A program made the position numbers and the translations under genes. A stretch of 64,000 nt of DNA from Eledone cirrhosa (taxonomy: Eukaryota), in the NCBI GenBank assembly GCA_964016885.1, contig OZ024752.1, positions 30,876,001 through 30,940,000 of the forward strand, given 5' to 3'. Shown here piece after piece: positions 24,837-37,060 of this stretch; the stretch's first letter is position 1; the number at the start of each line of letters is the position of its first letter. The notes below the pieces were generated by a model that made no database searches, was not told the DNA's origin, and was given only the letters and a program-made list of their open reading frames with translations.

Positions 24837-25481
24837 TATAATGATACATGACATACCCTGAGATGTTAAATGGTTAAGATGTTAAATGGAACAATGTTTC
24901 CGTTGGTCTTTCCAATTGCTAATACTCTCTATCAGTCGCAACTCTATCAGTCGCAACATGAAATAAAGTGTCTTGCTCAAAGACATAACGCATCGCCCGG
25001 TCCAGGAATCAAACTCACAACCTCACAATTGCGAATCCTATTCTCTAACCACTCAGCCCCACATACATATATATTATTCACATAAAAAAAAATCCTGCAT
25101 GTAATATTGTAATATTTAATGTTGTGTCTAAAATTGTTTATTAAAACTAATTTCCCACCTGGTTTTTGGTATTTACTGTGTTAGAAATTTGTCCGAAAGT
25201 AGAATATATTCATTCATCATGTTGACATATGAATAGAAATGTTGGTTTCTATAGCGATATCTATTTCATTTGTTTCTTCAAACTATATATTGAGTATTCA
25301 GTTACTCTAGTTGACCTTTTACGTAACACATAAAACTATAAAACCATGTAATCAGTGCTACCATATTTATTTCACCATTTCTTTATCTAGGTTATTGATT
25401 CTAGGGAATCAACCATTTCAGTTGAGTTTCGTTGCTATTCTCTTCAATCATTCTTCAACAGATATTCAGGGATCAAACCTC

Positions 25482-26010
25482 CTCCTCTTTCTTCTTCTTC
25501 TTCTTCGTCTTCTTCTTCTTCTTCTTCTTCTTCTTCTTCTTCTTTTTCTTTTTCTTTTTCTTTTTCTTCTTTTTCTTCGTCTTCGTCTTCTTCTTGGGAG
25601 GGTTACAGGGGCAGAGTCCTCAACACTCCTTCTAGCCTGTCCTGTCAGTAGCAACTGTTTCCAATTGACTTGGCTGGATCCCCAAGTGAGACCAGCAAAG
25701 CTCATGGATGTTATCCAAATATCTTGCTCAAGGTCTACGCATGGATTATCTGGTAGTTGCTTTTGCTCTTAAAATCTGCCCAGTGGTTTTTTTTTCTTAA
25801 GACATTGTGACCACATGTCCATAGTATCAGATCTGTGATCTCTCAATTTGGAGTGACTCTCTCAACGTTATACCAAAGACCCTTCAGGGGAACCCCATTT
25901 CAGTTGCTTGTATCCACAATCATACTCTTTTGGTCATTACTCAAGATTCCATAACATATGCAAGGGTTGGCACAAATACCAAATTAAAGATAGCGAGTTT
26001 GGCTTTTACA
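25482..26010 (-). mobile_element. RTE family 2 fragment with expanded (GAA)n tail
   Basis: (CTT)n at 25482-25596, then ggatccccaagtgagaccag...ggatgttatcca shared with 12341-12600. Confidence 0.65.
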
Positions 26011-26604
26011 CCTAACTCCCATCTTCTGATCTACATGAGGTGCATTTGGGAGTGTTATCTAGCCTCTCAGAGGCTGAGGTCACAAAAACAATTAAAGAGC
26101 TCAAATATGGCAAGACCCCAAGGGAGGTCTGACTGATTTGTGTGCCAGGTGAACTGGATCTCTGGAAAGGCACCCTAGCAATGGCAGTTGAGAGTGATAA
26201 CCCCAATTTTCAAAAAGGGAGACAAGAGAGATTACTCCAATTTTAGAGGGATCTCCTTGTTAACCCTCCCTGGTAGTATATGGCTAAAAGATCTAGGAAT
26301 ATTGTTGAGACAAAGCTAACTAATGAAATGTGTTTGTATTTTTAAAAAGGGAGAGAAATCTTGTGGTAATTAACTTTTTCATAGCACTTAACCCACTTAC
26401 TCATACCAAAATGTTTTCATCAGTCAGCTTTAGGTTTGTTGGGACCTTAGCCAAGAAAAATTTCTGAGTCCTTACATCAGGGTTAGCTCTAGGTTTGTTG
26501 GGACCGCAGACAAGATGAATATTGAGCTCCTTACATCGAAGTCAACTCTGTGTTTGTTGAAAGTTCAATGGCTCATTTTTTTTGTTTCTGGTACTGAGTG
26601 CCTC

Positions 26605-26807
26605 CATCTAGTTGTGAATACACACCCCTGTAGAAGAATAAGCTGCTCCCTTGGTACTGTAGTGTCTACATCTAGTTGTGAATACACACCCCTGTAGAAG
26701 AATAAGCTGCTCCCTTGGTACTGTAGTGTCTACATCTAGTTGTGAATACATACCCCTGTAGAAGAATAAGCTGCTCCCTTGGTACTGTAGTGTCTACATC
26801 TAGTTGA
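26605..26807. repeat. 64-bp tandem repeat x3
   Basis: catctagttg starts at 26605, 26669, 26733 and 26797. Confidence 0.9.
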
Positions 26808-27062
26808 AGAATAACCAGCTCCCTTGATGTCAATAGTTCTCTGTTGTTAGCTAGCCTCTGATCAGCTCTGATTGAACAGATCTATTCTAATGAAATTTTC
26901 TTATTAGTCAAGACAGTAGAGTATCATATGAGGGAGATTTAACTGGTATTTCTACTACATCAAGGCACCCCATAGACACTTCTTCTGTTTGTTGGTGGCA
27001 TGAAACTTATCTTAGGTTTCATCTACAGTTAGATCTGTGGTGTATTGAAGGTAGTCACGCCA

Positions 27063-27355
27063 TTGAGGTATTTTTGGCTGCTATTTCTACCTGGTCTTAT
27101 ATACAGGTCAACCATCTGTTGTACAGCGCACTGAGGTATATTTGCCTGCCATTTCTAGCAGGTCTTATACACAGGTCAACTATTTATTGTACAGTTTAAT
27201 GAGGTATATTTGTCTGCCATTTCTAGCAGATCTAATACATAAGTCAACAACCTGTTGTACAGTTTATTGAGGTATATTTGCCTGTCATTTCTAGCAGATC
27301 TAATACACAGCTCATTGAGGTAGTATGACATGTATTTTTGGCTGCCATTTCTAGT
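27063..27355. repeat. 68-bp diverged tandem repeat, 4+ copies
   Basis: gaggtatatttgcctgccatttctagcag recurs near 27065, 27133, 27201 and 27269. Confidence 0.8.
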
Positions 27356-27695
27356 AATACTTAGAAGGTAATGAATAACATCATTTAACATCAACAGATC
27401 AACTTCTTTATATTAGCAGAATTATCTCCCTTACAACGTTAGTTTTTCCCCCTCCTCCCTTAAATAAATTATTCCATCTAAGTATATTTTTACGATTGGA
27501 ATATTGAAATAAAATATTTCTTACACATTTCCAGACACGACTTAATCCGGATATATTTGATTTCAGAAATCAATAAATCTAAATTCTAAATCTTCCCGAT
27601 TATATTACAGGTTGTAATGCTTTTGCTTTTTATCAAATTATTTTAGTACACTCAGATTTATTCCCCTTTATATAATCATGCTTCCTCTTTATATA

Positions 27696-27948
27696 TTGGG
27701 TTGGCAAGAAAGTAATTTCGGTTTTTTAGTGTGAAATAAAAGACAGTTTTTTTTCATACAAAGAATGAACTTTAATCAATTATATATTTTCCATTTTGTT
27801 CGATAACCTTTTGCCATCTTTCTAGCAACTTCATGATTCCGCGCTCATAGAACTTCTGGTCCTTAAAAGCCAAAAACTGAAGCAATTGCGATTTCAGGTC
27901 ATCATCATTATTGCAAGTTTTACCATTCAAAGAATGTTGCAAACTTCT
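27696..27948 (-). mobile_element. Mariner transposon 3' end
   Basis: TIR ttgggttggcaagaaagtaatttcggttttt after TA; minus strand encodes RSLQHSLNGKTCNNDDDLKSQLLQFLAFKDQKFYERGIMKLLERWQKVIEQNGKYIID*. Confidence 0.9.
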
Positions 27949-28132
27949 TAATAATATATCCTTATTTGTGACTTTCGGGCAGTAGATTCACAGCAATCGG
28001 TAGAGCGTGAGACAACATGTTCTGCAACATATAGTTGCAGCATATATTTATATTTTATACTTTATATTTTTAACTGTTGGTCAATCAATGATAAACATTG
28101 ATTGCCAGCTAAATTATTGAGTACCAGCAATA

Positions 28133-28248
28133 GTGATGGACTGGCATCCTGTCCAGTGAGGAGTCTTGTACTCTCAGTGGCTTCACACCACGGAAACCAG
28201 GATAAGTACGGGCCTGATGAGCCTTCAGGCTTTGGACAGACACTAGAC
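28133..28248 (+). mobile_element. Meta-domain-like SINE 3' part
   Basis: gatggactggcatcctgtccag...ggaaaccaggataag...ggcctgatgagcc resembles the MetaSINE domain as I recall it. Confidence 0.55.
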
Positions 28249-28504
28249 TTTTGTTTTTGTTTTTTATGACATGCAGAGATATGGTGTACCTGTTCTAAAT
28301 AAATACACACATGTAACCAGATACACATATTAGATATCGTGTGATATTTAATCTCAAAAGACAGTAAACAAATGGTTGATCCAGCTGGAAACCAGTACTT
28401 ATTTACTAACACTATTGTCCCTCAGTTGCAATATCAAATAAACAAATTGTTGTTTCCATATTTGTTTAGAAATAGGAATGTAGGTGTAAAGATATACATA
28501 AGCA

Positions 28505-28985
28505 GTCACCTAGTTTAACATCTCTACTACCTGGTTTAACACTACTGCCTAGTTTAACATCTCTACTACCTGGTTTAACACTACTGCCTAGTTTAATATC
28601 TCTACTACCTGGTTTAACACCACTACCACCTAGTTTAACACCACCACCTGGTTTAACACTGCTACTACCTAGTTTAACACCACCACCTAGTTTAACACCA
28701 CTACTGCCTGGTTTAACACTGCTACCACCTAATTTAACACCACCACCTGGTTTAACACTGCTACTACCTAGTTTAACACCACCACCTGGTTTAACACCAC
28801 TACTGCCTGGTTTAACACTGCTACCACCTAATTTAACACCACCACCTGGTTTAACACTGCTACCACATAGTTTAACACCACCACCTGGTTTAACACTGCT
28901 ACCACATAGTTTAACACCACCACCTGGTTTAACACTGCTACCACCTAGTTTAACACTGCCACCTGGTTTAACACCAGCACCTGGC
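28505..28985. repeat. 18/21-bp minisatellite built on ct(a/g)gtttaacac
   Basis: Direct; unit lengths are multiples of 3. Confidence 0.9.
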
Positions 28986-29034
28986 CATTGGGTTCCTTTG
29001 GCCATAAAATGTTGACTACATATGTGTCAGGTTC

Positions 29035-29185
29035 ACAGGAAGCATTCATAGGAGTGGTTGGTAGTTTCTGCTATCTAGGTGATTTAATTAGCAGTAGAGG
29101 AGGGTGCTCTGAGAGCATAGTAGCTAGAATAAGGATAGGATGGAAAAATTTTCGAGACTTACTCCCATTATTGACAATAAAAGGT
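29035..29185 (+). mobile_element. RTE ORF2 internal fragment
   Basis: VVGSFCYLGDLISSRGGCSESIVARIRIGWKNFRDLLPLLT. Confidence 0.8.
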
Positions 29186-29201
29186 GATGATGAGGATGAT
29201 G

Positions 29202-32070
29202 ATCATCATTTAATGTCCATTTTCCATGCTAGCATGGGTTAGGCAGGTTGTCCTATTAGAGGCAAGTTGGGGCAGGTCTTGCTCATACAGAACTGTTTCT
29301 GACTAGGTTTCTATGGCTGAATGCCCTTCTTAATGCCAACCACATTTACAGTGTGTGCTGGGTGCTTTTTGTCGTGACTCCTACCTGGCCACTTTACAGT
29401 GTGGGCTGGGTGCTTTTTGTCGTGACTCCTACATGACCACTTTACAGTGTGGGCTGGGTGCTTTTTGTCGTGACTCCTACATGACCACTTTACAGTGTGG
29501 GCTGGGTGCTTTTTGTCGTGACTCCTACCTGACCACTTTACAGTGTGGGCTGGGTGCTTTTTGTCGTGACTCCTACCTGACCACTTTACAGTGTGGGCTG
29601 GGTGCTTTTTGTCGTGACACCTACATGACCACTTTACAGTGTGGGCTGGGTGCTTTTTGTCGTGACTCCTACATGACCACTTTACAGTGTGGGCTGGGTG
29701 CTTTTTGTCGTGACTCCTACCTGACCACTTTACAGTGTGGGCTGGGTGCTTTTTGTCGTGACACCTACATGACCACTTTACAGTGTGGGCTGGGTGCTTT
29801 TTGTCGTGACTCCTACATGACCACTTTACAGTGTGGGCTGGGTGCTTTTTGTCGTGACTCCTACATGACCACTTTACAGTGTGGGCTGGGTGCTTTTTGT
29901 CGTGACTCCTACATGACCACTTTACAGTGTGGGCTGGGTGCTTTTTGTTGTGACACCTATACAACTACTTTACAGTGTGGGCTGGGTGATTTTTGTCGTG
30001 ACTCCTACATGACCACTTTACAGTGTGGGCTGGGTGCTTTTTGTCGTGACTCCTACATGACCACTTTACAGTGTGGGCTGGGTGCTTTTTGTCGTGACTC
30101 CTACCTGACCACTTTACAGTGTGGGCTGGGTGCTTTTTGTCGTGACACCTACATGACCACTTTACAGTGTGGGCTGGGTGCTTTTTGTCGTGACTCCTAC
30201 ATGACCACTTTACAGTGTGGGCTGGGTGCTTTTTGTCGTGACTCCTACATGACCACTTTACAGTGTGGGCTGGGTGCTTTTTGTCGTGACTCCTACATGA
30301 CCACTTTACAGTGTGGGCTGGGTGCTTTTTGTTGTGACACCTATACAACTACTTTACAGTGTGGGCTGGGTGATTTTTGTCGTGACTCCTACATGACCAC
30401 TTTACAGTGTGGGCTGGGTGCTTTTTGTCGTGACTCCTACATGACCACTTTACAGTGTGGGCTGGGTGCTTTTTGTCGTGACTCCTACCTGACCACTTTA
30501 CAGTGTGGGCTGGGTGCTTTTTGTCGTGACACCTATACAACTACTTTACAGTGTGGGCTGGGTGATTTTTGTCGTGACTCCTACATGACCACTTTACAGT
30601 GTGGGCTGGGTGCTTTTTGTCGTGACTCCTACATGACCACTTTACAGTGTGGGCTGGGTGCTTTTTGTCGTGACTCCTACCTGACCACTTTACAGTGTGG
30701 GCTGGGTGCTTTTTGTCGTGACACCTACATGACCACTTTACAGTGTGGGCTGGGTGCTTTTTGTCGTGACTCCTACATGACCACTTTACAGTGTGGGCTG
30801 GGTGCTTTTTGTCGTGACTCCTACATGACCACTTTACAGTGTGGGCTGGGTGCTTTTTGTCGTGACTCCTACATGACCACTTTACAGTGTGGGCTGGGTG
30901 CTTTTTGTTGTGACACCTATACAACTACTTTACAGTGTGGGCTGGGTGATTTTTGTCGTGACTCCTACATGACCACTTTACAGTGTGGGCTGGGTGCTTT
31001 TTGTCGTGACTCCTACATGACCACTTTACAGTGTGGGCTGGGTGCTTTTTGTCGTGACTCCTACATGACCACTTTACAGTGTGGGCTCGTTGTTTTTTGT
31101 CGTGACTCCTACATGACCACTTTACAGTGTGGGCTGGGTGCTTTTTCTCATGACACCAACACAACCACTTTACAGTGTGGGCTGGGTGCTTTTTGTTGTG
31201 ACACCTATACAACTACTTTACAGTGTGGGCTGGGTGCTTTTTCTCATGACACCAACACAACCACTTTACAGTGTGGGCTGGGTGCTTTTTGTTGTGACAC
31301 CTATACAACTACTTTACAGTGTGGGCTGGGTGATTTTTGTCATGACACCTACATGACCACTTTTCAGTGTGGGCTGGATGCTTTTTGTCGTGACTCCTAC
31401 ATGACCACTTTACAGTGTGGGCTGGATGCTTTTTGTCGTGACTCCTACATGACCACTTCACAGTGTGGGCTGGGTGCTTTTTGTCGTGACTCCTACATGA
31501 CCACTTTACAGTGTGGGCTGGGTGCTTTTTGTCGTGACTCCTACCTGACCACTTTACAGTGTGGGCTGGGTGCTTTTTGTTGTGACACCTATACAACTAC
31601 TTTACAGTGTGGGCTGGGTGATTTTTGTCATGACACCTACATGACCACTTTTCAGTGTGGGCTGGATGCTTTTTATCGTGATACCAACACAACTTTACTG
31701 TGTAAGGGTGGTGTGGACAGACTTGGGTGGGTGGGTGTTGGGACATGGGAGGTGTATAGAGTGGGATATAGTGGTTAAGAGGTGCCTACTAGATGTATTT
31801 TTGTGTCCGTGCACATGGGAAGGCATGTCTTCTGAATTACTGCATAACACCAAAGATCTCAATCCTGTGTCATTGTCTTTGAGAGGTGCAATTATGCAAA
31901 GTCAGCTTTTATTACTACATTCCAGGTCTTCCTGGATCTTCCTACTCCATAGCTTCCATCAACTTTGATCGCCTTGCACCTTTTTATTCAACTGTCATCC
32001 TTGATACACATCACATGACGACCATACCAATGCAGTCTCCTCTCTAGTATAGTGCATCTGATCCCTCTTA
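29202..32070 (-). mobile_element. RTE family 1 3' region hosting a 48-bp minisatellite
   Basis: Tail and UTR to the left; degraded ORF2 C-terminus at about 31830-32070 to the right. Confidence 0.8.
29345..31700. repeat. 48-bp minisatellite, about 49 copies, with higher-order structure
   Basis: Unit ctttacagtgtgggctgggtgctttttgtcgtgactcctacatgacca. Confidence 0.95.
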
Positions 32071-32079
32071 TATATATGT

Positions 32080-32560
32080 ACATCATCATCATGATCATTT
32101 AACGTCCATCTTCCACGCTAACATGGGTTGGACTGGTTTGTCCCACTTGAGGCAAGATTGGTCGGTTGACCGTGTGTCATTTATATAGCACTGTTTCTGG
32201 CAGGTTTTCTACGGCTGGATGCCAACCACATTACGGTGTGGCCTTTTAACCGTGTCTCCTACATGACCACTTTACAGTGTGGATTGGATGTTCTGTGGTA
32301 CCAACATAACTTTACAGAGAAAGGGTGGTGTGGATGGAAGTGGGAGGATGGAGTAGGGGGGTGAGGTGGAGTGTATATTGGGTTAAGAGGTGCCTACTGA
32401 CTGTAGGTTTAAGTTTGTGCGAAAGGGAAGGTGGGTCTTCTGTATAACTGCATAGCGCCAAAGATCTCGATCCAGTGAGGTGTAAGTGAGCAAGGTCAGT
32501 TTTTATCACCTTGTCCCAGTTTTTCTTGGTAGCTTCCATCAATTTTGATCACTCTGCACT
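32080..32560 (-). mobile_element. RTE family 1 3' end (unexpanded UTR)
   Basis: Encodes NWDKVIKTDLAHLHL; the UTR holds only 1-2 units of the minisatellite seeds. Confidence 0.8.
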
Positions 32561-32735
32561 TTATATGTTTCAGAAGATCCCGTAATAGGGCGAAAGCAGT
32601 GATTCTTTGCTTAAACTTTAATCTGTACTAATAATAAATATTTGCTTTACGGGTTTATATATACTTTTCTTATATATATACAATCCTTATTGAGCCCTCT
32701 TCAGATTTTTGTCTTTGTATTTATTATTACTATAT

Positions 32736-32736
<1 letters not shown>

Positions 32737-32766
<30 letters not shown>

Positions 32767-33062
32767 CCGTTTTACGTCCGTTCTTCCACGCTAGCATGGG
32801 TTAGACGGGTTGTCCTGTTGTGAGCAGTGTCCAGTCGGCTGACCTTTTCTTGCTCATACAGGAACTGATTCTGGCTTGATTTCTACAGCTGGATGCCCTT
32901 CCTAACACCAACCTCATTTACAGTGAGTGGTGGGTGCTTTTTTTCCATGGCGCCTACACGTCCACTTTACAGCGTGGGCTGGGTGCTTTTTTGCCGTGGC
33001 AGCTCCACGACCACTTTACAGTGTGGGCTGGGTGCTTTTTTGCCGTGGCAGCTCCAGACCAC
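32737..33062 (-). mobile_element. RTE family 1 3' UTR (3 units of the 48-bp motif)
   Basis: Highly similar to 20444-20700. Confidence 0.8.
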
Positions 33063-33214
33063 TTATATATACAAAAATATGTATGAATTATAATTCCACT
33101 GCACTCTTTAAAATATCCTCCTAAAAAAATATAAAAAAAAATAATCTCTTTACTCTAGTTGGAGTGACTACACAAATGTTCACAATATGAATTATATCAT
33201 AACTATTTACATTT

Positions 33215-33398
33215 AATTGTTTCTACTTTAGGCACAAGGCCAGCAATTACCCAGTGCATTACTGGTACTTTATTTTATCGATCCCGTAAGGATGAAAGGC
33301 AAAGTCAACCTCGGCGGGATTTGAACTCAGATCGTAAAGGGACGTAACTATGCTGGAAAGCATGGCGTCTGACCATCTACCAATTACTGCCAATCCAC
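33215..33398 (-). mobile_element. Deu/Nin-type SINE
   Basis: Reverse complement closely resembles 10413-10598. Confidence 0.85.
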
Positions 33399-33644
33399 AA
33401 CGAAGTAAAATAAGTTTCGTCGTAGTAAACCTTTTCTTGGCTAATCAGTCTGACCTATATTTTAGTTTTATAATTTTCACATGACTCCTCCATATCCTTT
33501 GTCACAAGACCTCCCCCACCTCCCAACCTCATTACTACACTTCTGGTTACCCACCTCTTCTCTCTCTTTCAGTACTGGCATGCATGCTTGTGCATGTGTG
33601 TGTGTATGTATATATGTGTGTGTGTATATGTATATATATATATA

Positions 33645-33675
<31 letters not shown>

Positions 33676-33837
33676 ATAAATGTGTGTGTGTGTATATATA
33701 TGTATATATGTGTATGTGTATGCATATATATATATGTGTGTGTGTGCGTGTAGAAACTATGCCAAATAAAGTTGAAAGGACCCTTCAGTTGTGTCAACAA
33801 TATGACAACCACTCTAATGTTGGTGATCTTCACAATA

Positions 33838-34501
33838 AACACATCCAGTACACACTCCTACCCTATCCTCCCACCCCCCTTCTCTATAAAGTTGGTACCA
33901 CAACATCCAGTACACACACCCTACCCTATCCTCCCACTCCCACCACCACCACCCCCTCTCTATAAAGTTGGTACCACAACATCCTGTACACACCCTACCC
34001 TATCCTCCCACTCCCACCAACACCCCCCTCTCTATAAAGTTGGTACCACAACATCCAGTACACACCCCTACCCTATCCTCCCACTCCCACCAACACCACC
34101 CCCTCTCTATAAAGTTGGTACCACAACATCCAGTACACACCCCTACCCTATCCTCCCACTCCAACCCCCACCCCCACCCCCTCTCTATAAAGTTGGTACC
34201 ACAACATCCAGTCCAAATAAATGAGATCGAGATCGAGATTGTGGAGGTGTCACGAGAAAAAACACACTGTCCACGCTGTAATGTGGTCGTGAAGGTAGCA
34301 CGGTAAAAAAGTTCCCAGTTCCACACTGTAAATGTGGTTAGTGTTAGGAAGGGCATCCAGTTGTAGAAAACCTGCCAGATAGTCCTATATGAGCGAGACA
34401 CGGTCACCCGACCAACCTTGCCTCAAGTGGGACAACTCCCGTCTAACCCATGCTAGCGTGGAAAGTGGACGTTAAACGAGGATGATGATGATGATGATGA
34501 T
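33838..34501 (+). mobile_element. RTE family 1 3' UTR with a ~60-70-bp unit expanded about 6 times (33838-34212)
   Basis: Unit ctctataaagttggtaccacaacatccagtacaca...ccctaccctatcctcccactccc, followed by the standard UTR and (GAT)n. Confidence 0.8.
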
Positions 34502-34604
34502 ATACATTTTCTAAGAGATGGCGAAATGAACAGACTTACCTTTTTTCATTTTTGCCCCTCTTACCCTCCTCTATCTTTCTATTTCTTCTTTAATTTCTCA
34601 TTCT

Positions 34605-34645
34605 ATTTTCTGATGAAGGACTAGCATCTGAAACGTTAAGTCTTT
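34605..34645 (+). ncRNA. Penelope-type minimal hammerhead motif
   Basis: CTGATGA(34610)-a-ggac(tagc)atct-GAAA-CGTTA; downstream gaatctaata is shared with the 22580 copy. Confidence 0.5.
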
Positions 34646-34737
34646 TCCTACTATATTAAGCATGAATCTAATATATATCTTCATTGAACTTCATCGTCTG
34701 CTGTTCGTGTTTTTTTCCATTAACTTTTCACACGCAT

Positions 34738-34958
<221 letters not shown>

Positions 34959-35265
34959 GATAAGTTTCCGAAGAAATTGGGCAAGTTTGAAAATTTGAAG
35001 TTTATTTGCTTTTATTATGAAAAACCACCACAATTCCTATTTAGACTATGAAATAGTTGAATAAATCAGGTAAATTACCATTGGAGATGAAATAAAGACA
35101 GACTCAAACCACACATCTGTAGTTTTCCTACAATAACTGTTGCACCAAATAGAAATGTGAAGAAGTTATGTGTCCTATTATCCAAAATTAAATAATTTCA
35201 ACTTACTGTTTGTTAAGTTGACAAACCTAGATTTTTGATATTCCTTGCTCTGATCACACTATTAA

Positions 35266-35865
35266 CCCTTTAGCATTTAAACTGGCTGTATCTGGCCAGA
35301 ATTCTCTCACCTCTTTCTGTTCAAACCGGCTGTAACTAGCCATTCATATTGATGTTAAAGTATTGTTCTCAAAATAAATTATATCAAAATCTCATAAATT
35401 CAATATTATACCAGATAAAGCCTTTACTGTGAAAATACAATAGTAAATATAAAGTAATGTAAATGTTAAAGGGTTAAACCGGCTGTATCCGGCTAGAATT
35501 CTCTCACCTCTTTCTGTTCAAACCGGCTGTAACTAGCCATTCATATTGATGTTAAAGTATTGTTCTCAAAATAAATTATATCAAAATCTCATAAATTCAA
35601 TATTATACCAGATAAAGCCTTTACTGTGAAAATACAATAGTAAATATAAAGTAATGTAAATGTTAAAGGGTTAAACCGGCTGTATCCGGCTAGAATTCTC
35701 TCACCTCTTTCTGTTCAAACCGACTGTAACTAGCCACTTATACTGATGTTAAGGTATTGTTCTTAAAATAAATAATAATAAAATCTCATAGATTCAATAT
35801 TATGTGAGATAATTATGCAAGATAAAGCCTTTACCATGAAAATACAATACTATATAGATATAGGG
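35266..35865. mobile_element. piggyBac-type (TTAA) MITE, body tandemly triplicated
   Basis: TTAA-ccctttagcatt left end; right ends agggTTAA at 35477, 35674 and 35869; 197-bp period for the first two. Confidence 0.8.
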
Positions 35866-36111
35866 TTAAAGTGGCGGAGGAGGTGAAGAAGTGCATATTG
35901 GTGTGTGTGTGCATTTCTTCACTTGTTTCATTTTTTATTATCTCCAGGTTCGATCACAATCTCACCTACCTCCCCACACACACATACTCACACCACCACC
36001 AGTGACTAACAGTTCTATAAATAAACCCTACTTCCTAATTCTCAAGAGTTCCATAAATTATCATATAGGATTAATATATCTCTGTCCTCTGTCCTGTGTC
36101 CTGTAAGATGA

Positions 36112-36635
36112 TGTAGCAGTTGCCTCCCTTGTTGTGACTCACAACCCCAATAGATTAACAACATCTAGACGGGAAGTAGAATCCTTTCTGTAACTTCCCG
36201 TCAGAACCCTATAAAACTAACAACTTTAAGTTCCCACTGTCTCATTTGCCCTTCCGGCGCCCGGCCTTTGCCAGGCGTCTTCTGCCAGCCTCCCCAATAT
36301 AGCGGAGATTACTGGGTTGTATGAATGTAACAAGGAGACATGGTTGGTGTGTATAATATTTAATCAACAATTTAACAGTATAGTTGACATGTTAATGAAT
36401 AAACGAAAGAATGAAGCAAAGTTAGTAGTTACCGTTTTGATTGCCAGGCAAACGCAGGCTGGCAGAGGGCGCCTGGCGAAGGCCAGGCGCCGGAAGGGCA
36501 AATGAGACAGTGAGAACTTAAAGTTGTTAGTTTTATAGGGTTCTGACCGGAAGTTACAGAAAGGGTTCTACTTCCCGTCTAGATGTTGTTAATCTATTGG
36601 GGTTGTGAGTCACAACAAGGGAGGCAACTGCTACA
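36112..36635. mobile_element. Non-autonomous element with ~180-bp TIRs, TGT...ACA ends and 4-bp TSD (Ginger-type)
   Basis: Arms about 36112-36291 and 36457-36635; atga at 36108-36111 and 36636-36639. Confidence 0.75.
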
Positions 36636-36744
36636 ATGACTTCAAAGACATCAGATAGAAGATCTAGGGTACTGTTACTCTGTACTTGTCTTGATAACTA
36701 CAGCTATATTGGAAATTTATATCATATTTTAGTTGATGACATAA

Positions 36745-36960
36745 TGGTTTCAGATTTAGGCACAACGCCAGCAATTTTTTGGGAAGGGAAAGTTGATTAA
36801 ATCGACCCCAGTTCATTACTGGTATTTTATTTTATTGACCCTATAAGGATGAAAGGCAAAGCTAACATCAGCAGGATTTGAACTCATAACGTAAAGGGCC
36901 GTAACTCTATGCTACTTAGCATGGTATCCGGCGCCCTACCGATACTGTCAACCCGTTGCC
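36745..36960 (-). mobile_element. Deu/Nin-type SINE
   Basis: Reverse complement of the consensus. Confidence 0.8.
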
Positions 36961-37060
36961 CTGAGTTGATGACATGATAAAGCCAAACAAGAAAATGGGA
37001 GATGGACCAGTTGGCATAAACATACTATTTTGAGTTCTAGATCTTTTGTTCTAGATCTTT

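Noticed and set aside
28212-28240. ctgatgagcc hammerhead start
   Set aside because: No GAAA follows the hairpin; it is part of the Meta-like SINE.
29355-31778. 807-aa ORF of TTLQCGLGAFCRDSYM repeats
   Set aside because: It is the translation of a 48-bp minisatellite antisense to an RTE 3' UTR; open only because the unit is a stop-free multiple of 3.
32568-32602. cagaaga-tccc-gtaata-gggc-gaaa motif
   Set aside because: Core and stem-base mismatches; at best a decayed hammerhead.
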